Origin: Actinomycetota bacterium
GTDB taxonomy: Bacteria; Actinomycetota; Actinomycetes; Nanopelagicales; Nanopelagicaceae
Direction: 5' to 3'
Length of the DNA: 41,751 nucleotides
Assembly (NCBI GenBank): GCA_009917815.1
Contig: RGER01000001.1
Location: 1-41,751, forward strand
Shown here: one piece after another, positions 18,173 through 25,558 of the stretch
Layout of the letters: every line of letters starts with the position of its first letter
How positions within the stretch are numbered: position 1 is the first letter of the stretch
The notes under the pieces: generated by a model
The model's input: the letters and a program-made list of their open reading frames with translations, nothing else
Told to the model about the DNA's origin: nothing
The model's database searches: none
Translations under genes and position numbers: made by a program

Positions 18173-18928
18173 GTGACCACAGCAACCACTGGTACTACTC
18201 CTGGAGCCGGAGATGGATCTACTCCCGGCGCCAAGAAGTTGTTAGGGGGTCTCCTCTTCGTCCTTGTAAGTGTCGCCGCTGTCGCAGGTGTCGGTCTCTT
18301 TCTGCACAGTGCTAGCGGTGACCCGCAACCCATTTTGGTAGCAACTCCCATGGGAAGCGTAGATTCTCCGCAAGGCAAGATGAATGGAGCTTCAATCGAG
18401 CTCTCGGTCTATGCCGATAGTGAGAGCTCCAACAACATTCAAAACAAAGAGGGCAGCCGTCCGGGTTATGTCACCTACGGACCCTCCACACATCTTCAAC
18501 TTCCTGCAAACTCCCTAATCACGATGACCATCAAGGGTTATGACGGCGGCGAAAAGTTAAATAACACCTTCTTTAGCCGAGTTGTGGGCACTGTCGACGG
18601 AACGATGACAGTTGATGGTAAGAAAGTGAAGTCACTTGGTGAAGATCAGGTACAACACACCTTCACCATTCATAGTCTTCCCACAAGCACTCAACCCACG
18701 CTCTTCGTCAATATCCCTGTGCATATTCAATCCGAAGAGACTATGGGCAAGTTTGACGAAGATGGAGTACTACCTACTCCTATCGTCACCACCTTCCAGT
18801 TCTACACACAAGGTCCAGGCGAGTATGTCTGGAATTGTGAGTACCCCTGCGGCGATGGAACGTACGCCAAATTTGGTGCGGCCATGAGTCGCTATGGATT
18901 TATGTCCGGAAAGGTGACCGTCAAGTGA
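18173..18928 (+). CDS. membrane-anchored cupredoxin-like protein (subunit II paralogue with degenerate CuA motif)
   Basis: GTG start, one N-terminal TM helix and a beta-rich domain ending HTFTIHS...GEYVWNCEYPCGDG...AAMSRYGFMSGKVTV. Its stop overlaps the ctaC start by 4 nt. Confidence 0.65.
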   Translation: MTTATTGTTPGAGDGSTPGAKKLLGGLLFVLVSVAAVAGVGLFLHSASGDPQPILVATPMGSVDSPQGKMNGASIELSVYADSESSNNIQNKEGSRPGYVTYGPSTHLQLPANSLITMTIKGYDGGEKLNNTFFSRVVGTVDGTMTVDGKKVKSLGEDQVQHTFTIHSLPTSTQPTLFVNIPVHIQSEETMGKFDEDGVLPTPIVTTFQFYTQGPGEYVWNCEYPCGDGTYAKFGAAMSRYGFMSGKVTVK

Positions 18929-19719
18929 GCGATCAACACGAAGTAACGGATCTCGCTCCCACTCCAGGTGAGCGATTCAGAAATGCATTCAATTCACGCG
19001 ATGTAAAGATCACCATGGTTTTCGGCGTGATTATTACCGCGTTTTTCGTACTTTTAGGTCTCTGGTTTTATCCGAAGTTCATGCCAGAGATCATGAGTGA
19101 AAATATGAAGCGCGGCAAAGATGTCATCGTTTATTTCACCGTGATTTCGGCGCCAATTGCAGGTCTGGTGATTGCGGTAGCGCTCTACACCCTCTTAAAT
19201 CGTCACCACGGTGAAAATCCCCCAGAGGAGGGCGCATCCTTCCGGACGCATACGCCAATTGTCTTTGCGTGGACAGTAGTTTCGGCAATTTTTTGTATCG
19301 TGGCCATCGTCTGGGGCCTTACCGAGATGAACGTCAACAGTGAAGACGCCACTGCGAATGCAAAATCCGCTCTCGTCGTCGAAGTCACCGGCTCGCAATG
19401 GGTCTGGACCTTCAACTACCCAGAGCTCGGTGTGCAGTCGGAGCAACTCAATCTCCCACTTGATCGAGCTGTGGAATTTCGAGTGCACTCTGTTGACGTC
19501 AACCACTCTTTCTGGCCCGTGCAATTGGGTGTGAAGGTGGATGCCAACGATCGGGTTACGACTCTGGCACACACCACGCCCAACGTGTTGGGAACTATCG
19601 ACATTAAGTGCGCTGAGCTCTGTGGGCTCTACCACGCCTATATGGAGACTCAGGGCAAAGTCATGAAAGAGGCCGACTTCAATAATTGGGTCACCGCACA
19701 AGGAGGACATGTCGCATGA
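18925..19719 (+). CDS. ctaC: cytochrome c oxidase subunit II
   Basis: Two N-terminal TM helices, QWVWTFNYP, DVNHSFW and the full CuA motif CAELCGLYHAYM. Confidence 0.9.
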   Translation: MSDQHEVTDLAPTPGERFRNAFNSRDVKITMVFGVIITAFFVLLGLWFYPKFMPEIMSENMKRGKDVIVYFTVISAPIAGLVIAVALYTLLNRHHGENPPEEGASFRTHTPIVFAWTVVSAIFCIVAIVWGLTEMNVNSEDATANAKSALVVEVTGSQWVWTFNYPELGVQSEQLNLPLDRAVEFRVHSVDVNHSFWPVQLGVKVDANDRVTTLAHTTPNVLGTIDIKCAELCGLYHAYMETQGKVMKEADFNNWVTAQGGHVA

Positions 19720-21578
19720 CAACTCTCGATCACGCAAAAGTTTCTGAGTCGCGTCCAAACCCACCGAAGAGCCTCATCACAAAGTTGAACATGGGCACCG
19801 GCATGATTGTCGGCATCGTCTTCGCAGAAGTGACCTACTTCTGGGGCAAGAGCATGTGGGATCGCCAAGAGGCGGTTATGGAGAATCGAATTCTGACTCT
19901 CTCTATGTTCGCTTGGTGTATCGGTTTCCTCATTGGAATTGGCGCCTTCATCGGGCCATTCCGTTGGCTCATTGGCAAAGACCTTACGGATGAAGAACAA
20001 CTCTTCCTTGCAGGGAAAGGCCAGGGCGTCTCGCGCTACTTCCGCTACTGCACTGATCACAAAGTCGTAGGTATCCAATACCTCGTCGGCGTGATGGTCA
20101 TGCTCGGTGCCGGTGGAACTATGGCAATGATGATTCGTACCAACCTCATCACCCCAGGTTCCAAGTGGGTCAACGCCGAGATTTACAACTCTCTCGTCGG
20201 ACTTCACGGCATCACGATGATCGTTGCGATGATCATTGTGTCCACGGGTCCATTCGGTAACTTCATTCTTCCGATCATGATCGGTGCGCGCGATATGGCG
20301 TTCCCTCGCCTTAACGCGCTCAGCTGGTGGTTGCTCTTTACCGCAATCCCAGTGCTTTGCTCGGCTTGGTTCTTCGGTGGTATCCCTACCGGCTGGACTG
20401 CATACGCTCCTTTGAGCGTTCAGGCGGGCGCAGGCATGAATGCCTTCATCGTCACCATCATCATCTTTGCAATCTCCTCTGCGATCGCCGGTGCGAATAT
20501 CACCACGACCGTTGTAGCGATGCGCGCAAAGGGTATGAAGTGGAATCGAGTTCCTATCTTCGTTATCGGAGCAACGATGAGCGTGGCGCTGGCAATCCCA
20601 GCTTTCCCTTCGTTCATGGCTTCGCAAATGATGGCCGGCTTCGATCGTACGATCGGAACACATTTCTACGATGCAGAGTTCGGTGGCAGCGGTTGGCTCT
20701 ACGCGCACCTCTTCTGGATCATGGGCCACCCAGAGGTATACGTCATCTTGATTCCAGGCGTTGCCATCCTGATGGAAATTGCACCGGTCTTTGCGCGCTC
20801 ACCACTCTTCTCGTACACCACCGCAGTGGTGGGCTTCGCGGGAATCGTGGGTCTGAGCGTGCTCGTCTGGGCTCACCATATGTACATCTCAGGATGGATG
20901 CCGAGTTTGAACGGTCCATTCATGGTGACTACCGAAATGATTTCGATACCGACAGGTCTGCTCTTCCTCGTCTTACTAGGAACCATCTGGCGAGGTAGAC
21001 CGTGGATGAAACTTCCGATGCTCGGCGTATACGCCCTCATCTGGAACTTCCTCATCGGCGGCATCACCGGCATTTACCTTTCAGATGTGCCAGCTGACGA
21101 TTACTTGCACGGTTCTATGTTCGTGACGGCACACTTCCATTACACGTTGATGGGTGCTGCACTTACCGGAGCTATCGCCGGTCTTGCTTACTGGTTCCCG
21201 AAGATGACCGGTCGCATGCTCGATGAGCGTTCTGGCTACATCTCCTTCTGGACGGTGCAGATTGGTTTCCAAGTGCTCTTCCTCGGCATGTTCGCCGCGG
21301 GTTCACAAGGACAACCTCGTCGCGTAGCTGATTACGAGCAAGCCTTCGCTACCTCGGATCTCATTAGCACCATTGGTGCGTACTTAGTGGGAATCGGCAT
21401 GATCGTGCTTCTCTACTCTGTGGTTCATTCATGGCGTAAGGGCAAGATTGCTCCGATGAATCCATGGGGTGCAAAGACGCTCGAATGGACGGTCCCTTAC
21501 CCGATCTACTTGGAAAACTTCCATGAGGCACCTGTCGTCACAAGCGATCCATACGGCTACGGAAGGAGTGAGAAATGA
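19716..21578 (+). CDS. ctaD: cytochrome c oxidase subunit I (with about 110-aa N-terminal extension)
   Basis: TDHKVVGIQYL, GHPEVYVILIPG (His-Tyr crosslink motif) and HHMYISG. The ATG at 19716 overlaps the ctaC TGA (ATGA) and is preceded by AGGAGG at 19701-19706. Confidence 0.95.
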   Translation: MTTLDHAKVSESRPNPPKSLITKLNMGTGMIVGIVFAEVTYFWGKSMWDRQEAVMENRILTLSMFAWCIGFLIGIGAFIGPFRWLIGKDLTDEEQLFLAGKGQGVSRYFRYCTDHKVVGIQYLVGVMVMLGAGGTMAMMIRTNLITPGSKWVNAEIYNSLVGLHGITMIVAMIIVSTGPFGNFILPIMIGARDMAFPRLNALSWWLLFTAIPVLCSAWFFGGIPTGWTAYAPLSVQAGAGMNAFIVTIIIFAISSAIAGANITTTVVAMRAKGMKWNRVPIFVIGATMSVALAIPAFPSFMASQMMAGFDRTIGTHFYDAEFGGSGWLYAHLFWIMGHPEVYVILIPGVAILMEIAPVFARSPLFSYTTAVVGFAGIVGLSVLVWAHHMYISGWMPSLNGPFMVTTEMISIPTGLLFLVLLGTIWRGRPWMKLPMLGVYALIWNFLIGGITGIYLSDVPADDYLHGSMFVTAHFHYTLMGAALTGAIAGLAYWFPKMTGRMLDERSGYISFWTVQIGFQVLFLGMFAAGSQGQPRRVADYEQAFATSDLISTIGAYLVGIGMIVLLYSVVHSWRKGKIAPMNPWGAKTLEWTVPYPIYLENFHEAPVVTSDPYGYGRSEK

Positions 21579-22177
21579 GCACATCAACCGAACACGTAAT
21601 GCATCATGATGCACCTGAAGTTGTAGGTCGTCGCGAGCGCCTTGGCGTTCGTCTGATTATCCTGGCAGACGGTGCCTTCGTCTTCTCGATGATCTTCTCC
21701 TACTTCTACCTACGTAACTTGAACGTGAACAATGGATGGCTTCCTGCCGATGGCCACACGTTCACTGTTTCATCTGGTTGGTTGTTGGCATTGCCATTTA
21801 TCATCGCGGCCATCACTCATAACCTCGGGCAGAAGCGACGCGAGAGCATGGGGATTCTTTCCATCATCTCTTTCGTGGTTCTAGCAATTGGCCTTGTGAT
21901 GCAATGGAATCAACTTTCCCATATGCCATTCATGCTCGCTGAGGAAGGTGGCTTTGAAGGTGCATACGCATCGATGGCCTTCTTCCTGGGCGGCGCCAAC
22001 CTGCTCCACTACGTGCTCGGTACTTTCGTAGCTCTCGGTATCGCGATCCGCACAAAGCGCGGATCTTCTACCGGCATTCACGAGACCTGGCGTTTACGTA
22101 CCGCAGGTTCATGGTTTACCTGGCTGGCGATTTCGGCGGTTGCTTGTGCAATCACCACTTCATTCGCTGCTGTATAA
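21575..22177 (+). CDS. ctaE: cytochrome c oxidase subunit III
   Basis: 200 aa, about 5 TM helices, 4-nt overlap with ctaD. Size and position are typical of actinobacterial CtaE. Confidence 0.75.
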   Translation: MSTSTEHVMHHDAPEVVGRRERLGVRLIILADGAFVFSMIFSYFYLRNLNVNNGWLPADGHTFTVSSGWLLALPFIIAAITHNLGQKRRESMGILSIISFVVLAIGLVMQWNQLSHMPFMLAEEGGFEGAYASMAFFLGGANLLHYVLGTFVALGIAIRTKRGSSTGIHETWRLRTAGSWFTWLAISAVACAITTSFAAV

Positions 22178-22190
22178 ATCTAAAAGAAAA

Positions 22191-22225
22191 AGAGAGGGCG
22201 CCCCTGAAGCGCCCTCTCTTTTTTG
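22191..22225. terminator. bidirectional rho-independent terminator between the cta operon and the convergent small ORF
   Basis: An 11-bp perfect stem (AGAGAGGGCGC / GCGCCCTCTCT) with a 7-nt loop. It is followed by a T6 run and preceded by an A-rich run. Confidence 0.8.
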
Positions 22226-22263
22226 TTCCGGATGTATGTTCCGGATGTATGTGCCGGATGTAT
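22225..22263. repeat. 13-bp tandem repeat x3 (GTTCCGGATGTAT, third copy GTGCCGGATGTAT)
   Basis: Read directly from the sequence. It fills the space between the terminator and the stop codon of the 39-aa ORF. Confidence 0.9.
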
Positions 22264-22382
22264 TAAGCCGCTAATTCGTAAGAATCTGGACGCTTAGCCA
22301 GTCGGTGAATGCCTGCATAAAGCACGGTAGAGAGGATGGCAACCGGAACGATCGCGATTGCTGCGGCTTGAAGAATGCTCAT
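22263..22382 (-). CDS. unlisted 39-aa single-pass membrane peptide (MSILQAAAIAIVPVAILSTVLYAGIHRLAKRPDSYELAA)
   Basis: My own translation. ATG is preceded by AAAGGAG with 5-nt spacing, and the stop is TAA. A hydrophobic helix is followed by a basic HRLAKR segment. It is below the ORF-track length cutoff. Confidence 0.5.
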   Translation of the reverse strand: MSILQAAAIAIVPVAILSTVLYAGIHRLAKRPDSYELAA

Positions 22383-22499
22383 GGTTGCTCCTTTGATAGG
22401 AAACCCTGTCGGTTTCTCTGTTGGTTGATATGCCTTAAGGAAAACATCCCAAACTCTGAGAACTATGAGCAGACTCTGTCTTGTCGCTCAGGGCACCCT

Positions 22500-22549
22500 G
22501 TGAACTTTCGCAGAGTGAACTTTCGCAGAGTGAACTTTCGCAGAGTGAA
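22500..22549. repeat. 15-bp tandem repeat x3 plus partial fourth copy (GTGAACTTTCGCAGA)
   Basis: Three perfect copies at 22500-22544, then GTGAA... It lies about 12 nt downstream of the Sco stop and upstream of the 39-aa ORF, both on the minus strand. Confidence 0.9.
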
Positions 22550-22561
22550 ATCTCTAAAAAA

Positions 22562-23280
22562 CTACTTAACTGGGTTCAGGGTGAGTTGTGTAATGGCGGC
22601 GAGTACCGCTCCTACACTCCAGGTGGGCTCTTCGGGAGCTGCCAGGTTCTTCTGCCCATCCTCAGTTAAATACGCCTTGAGGGCCGCCGGGATATCACCC
22701 TGGGACGTCTTTGGAGATCCAAGATCGAGCCAACGCCACGTGGAATCTGGACCGAGGATGATGACCAGATCTGAGTGCATCATGTCGTAGGTATCACTCT
22801 TGCCGGTCTGCCAATCCTTCGGCAGGGGGCGGTGTCGCGCTCGCCATCTACGGATACTTCCATCACCGCAACTTTGCTGGCGAGACCAACGGCAGATAGG
22901 GCGCGGGCAATATCGCGCATATTGACCGTAGTCATCGGACAAATCTCGTGGCACGAGGTGAGGAAATTGGTAATCACCACATACTTTCCAGCGAAGTCAG
23001 CCAATGTGAATGCTTCACCAGTGGAATCAAAGAGCGGGAGGGCGAGCACATCAGCCGGCAACTTCTCATTGAGAAAAGAACCGCCACCAGGGGCCGCCGT
23101 TGCCATCCCCGGCGCCAACGAAGGGGCTGGCATGCTGCTGTGATCCATCTTGGGATCCATACTGGAATCCATACTGGAGCCAACAGCCGCGCTATCGGTG
23201 CTCGAAGAAGTTGAGGATGAGCAACCAGCGAGCAGAGCGAGCGAGGTTATTACGGCGATTGTGAGACGAGTTCTTTTCAT
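22562..23280 (-). pseudogene. SCO1/SenC-family copper chaperone lipoprotein, split by a 1-nt frameshift
   Basis: ORF 22780..23280 carries the lipobox LLAGC, a Met/His-rich stretch, the CxxxC motif FLTSCHEICP and VSVDGERDT. ORF 22562..22954, in another frame, carries the conserved His context YDMMHSDLVIILGPD and the C-terminus. The frames meet at a G5 run (C5 on the coding strand) at about 22825-22829. Confidence 0.75.
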
Positions 23281-23349
23281 GCTGGAATTTTAGGTGCATG
23301 GGTGCCAATTCCCTAGGCAATCGAGGCGTTAATCCGACATGATGACCGA

Positions 23350-25233
23350 ATGAAGAATTCAGCCATTCCAGGAGCTTGGAACTCACCGCTCTCTGCCGCC
23401 ATGCTCGCCGGAGCCGCCACCAGTATTGGATACACGCAAGTCGCTGATGGGGAGCTTTATTGGGATGAAATAAGGCCACATGAGGGTGGGCGACGAGTTG
23501 TAGTCAGTCGCAAGGGAGATTTTCTACCCGCACCGTGGGATGCCAAGACTTCTATTCTGGAATACGGCGGTTTGAGTTGGCTCGTGATCGAAAGAGGCGG
23601 CTCTCCTGCATTGGTCTTCTGCAATAAGAGCGACCAGCGGCTCTACGTTTTAGAAGCTGGCAGCGATCCCATCGCTCTCACGCCAGAACCAAAGGAAGCT
23701 CGTTCGCATCGTTACGCCGGGATGCTTCAAGTGGGGAATGAAATTTGGTGCATTCGCGAAATTGTTGAAGGACATGATTGTCAGCGAGACCTAGTCGCCA
23801 TCAATTTCTACGGAAAACTCCGGGTAGTTGAATCCTCATCACACTTTTACATGCATCCACGACTCTCACCTGACGGTAAGCACCTCTCGTGGATGGCATG
23901 GGAACACCCACAAATGCCTTGGGACGGAACCGAATTTCGCATTGGCGACATCACGAATGGCGAATTAACCAATGTGCGAACTCTTACTGGTTCTACCGAG
24001 GAATCGATTCTGACTCCCGAGTGGGTAAGTAACAACGAGCTCTATTACATTTCAGATTCTTCAGGTTGGTGGAATCTCTGGAAGATCTCACTCGACGGTA
24101 CGAAGGAACACATCGTTTCGGAGAGTGCCGAGTGGGGTATGCCCATGTGGCAAATCGGCCAACGCTTCATCTCGCTACTAGATGACGGCCGCGTGCTCTC
24201 CATTCATGGAACTCCAGATAACCAACGCGTGGTGATCGTGGATCCAAAGAGCAAGTCGTGCGCCGACATAGTTTCGTCATTCACAGCCTTCACTGCAACG
24301 CAATCAATTAATGGAGATCGCGCATACGTCATCGCCGGCGGCGCCAAGTCGCCTACAGCATTGGTTGAAATCGATCTTGCAACCGCAAAGGTGGTCGACA
24401 CCATTTGGGAGACCACACTCCCTGTTTCAGCCGATTACCTCACCACCCCGCGCGCAATCACTGTGCCGGGCAAGCACGGTCGTTCGGTACATGCGATCTT
24501 GCATCCACCGCAAAATCCCGATTACACAGCTAGCGGTCCCGTTCCACTACTTGTTACCGCGCATGGTGGACCTACTTCGCAAGTTTCGGCGACCGCGAAA
24601 TTGAGTTTCGCTTATTACACCTCTCGCGGAATCGCAGTGGTAGATGTGAACTACGGTGGATCGACTGGTTATGGACGTGAGTATCGCAATGCGTTGCGCG
24701 GTCAGTGGGGCATCATGGATTACGAAGATGTCCTTTCAGTCGTCGATGCGCTGGTAGCCGATGGCACTGCAGATAAATCAAAAGTAGTGATCAAGGGTGG
24801 CAGCGCTGGTGGTTTCACCGTGCTCAATGCTCTTGTGATGGGCGATGTCTTTGCGGCGGGAGCCTCGTATTACGGTGTCGCAGATTGCGAAACGCTCGCT
24901 ACCGATACCCACGACTTTGAATCGCGTTACCTCGATTCGATGATTGGGCCGTATCCCGAGCGAAAAGATCTCTACGTAGAACGTTCACCGATCACTCATG
25001 CAGAGAATCTCTCTGCGCCACTGATCATCTTCCAAGGACTCGATGACAAAGTAGTGCCGCCGGCGCAATCAGAAACCTTCCGCGATGTCTGCGTCCGAAA
25101 AGGAATCAAGCATCGCTATATCGCTTACGAGGGAGAGGGCCACGGATTCATCAAGGCCACTTCGATTATCGATAGCCTGGAGAGCGAACTCACCTTCTTT
25201 GGCGAAGTGCTCGGTTTTACTCCAGCTCTTTAA
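23350..25233 (+). CDS. S9 family serine peptidase (prolyl oligopeptidase / acylaminoacyl-peptidase type)
   Basis: N-terminal beta-propeller-like region. The C-terminal alpha/beta hydrolase domain has the nucleophile motif GGSAGGF and a distal D...H (GEGHGF). Confidence 0.9.
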   Translation: MKNSAIPGAWNSPLSAAMLAGAATSIGYTQVADGELYWDEIRPHEGGRRVVVSRKGDFLPAPWDAKTSILEYGGLSWLVIERGGSPALVFCNKSDQRLYVLEAGSDPIALTPEPKEARSHRYAGMLQVGNEIWCIREIVEGHDCQRDLVAINFYGKLRVVESSSHFYMHPRLSPDGKHLSWMAWEHPQMPWDGTEFRIGDITNGELTNVRTLTGSTEESILTPEWVSNNELYYISDSSGWWNLWKISLDGTKEHIVSESAEWGMPMWQIGQRFISLLDDGRVLSIHGTPDNQRVVIVDPKSKSCADIVSSFTAFTATQSINGDRAYVIAGGAKSPTALVEIDLATAKVVDTIWETTLPVSADYLTTPRAITVPGKHGRSVHAILHPPQNPDYTASGPVPLLVTAHGGPTSQVSATAKLSFAYYTSRGIAVVDVNYGGSTGYGREYRNALRGQWGIMDYEDVLSVVDALVADGTADKSKVVIKGGSAGGFTVLNALVMGDVFAAGASYYGVADCETLATDTHDFESRYLDSMIGPYPERKDLYVERSPITHAENLSAPLIIFQGLDDKVVPPAQSETFRDVCVRKGIKHRYIAYEGEGHGFIKATSIIDSLESELTFFGEVLGFTPAL

Positions 25234-25544
25234 TCTGGTCGCTCCCAGTGGTACTCGCGCTCCACGCGGGTAACTCTCGTGCGATATTCGCTATAGAACT
25301 TTTCACGGCCAAGATTCTGGGCTTGTTGATGCTCACTCACCTCGCGCCACATCTTCACGGCTTCGTCGTCTTCGAAATAGGAGATCGTGACGCCTTCCCT
25401 ACTCTCGGGGTCGCGGAAAGAATCTGAGCCGAGAAAACCTGGAACCTCGCGCACCATTTCCGACATGAGATGGCTCCACTTTGCGTACTCCTCGTGATCA
25501 CTATCCCGACGGGTAGAAGTGAAGATGACTGCTATATAACTCAT
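25230..25544 (-). CDS. antibiotic biosynthesis monooxygenase (ABM) domain protein
   Basis: 104 aa with a ferredoxin-like ABM pattern (IAVIFTS..., GFLGSDSFRD, ISYFEDDEAVKMWR). Confidence 0.75.
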   Translation of the reverse strand: MSYIAVIFTSTRRDSDHEEYAKWSHLMSEMVREVPGFLGSDSFRDPESREGVTISYFEDDEAVKMWREVSEHQQAQNLGREKFYSEYRTRVTRVEREYHWERPD

Positions 25545-25558
25545 CTCGAAGTGAACCC

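Noticed and set aside
19650-20729. 359-aa ORF antisense to ctaD, and the 223-aa +2 frame ORF at 20327..20998
   Set aside because: Both lie entirely inside the well-supported ctaD gene. Their Arg/His/Asp/Cys-rich composition lacks motifs and is typical of shadow frames. Neither has an RBS.
22225-22549. Possible CRISPR array suggested by the short perfect repeats
   Set aside because: The repeat units are directly adjacent (13 bp and 15 bp, head-to-tail) with no spacers. They are far shorter than CRISPR repeats, and no cas genes are nearby.
22305-22790. 161-aa plus-strand ORF containing VNFRRVNFRRVNFRR
   Set aside because: The peptide repeat is just the 15-bp DNA tandem repeat read in frame. 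The ORF overlaps the Sco C-terminal region and the 39-aa ORF on the other strand. It has no RBS and no recognisable fold.
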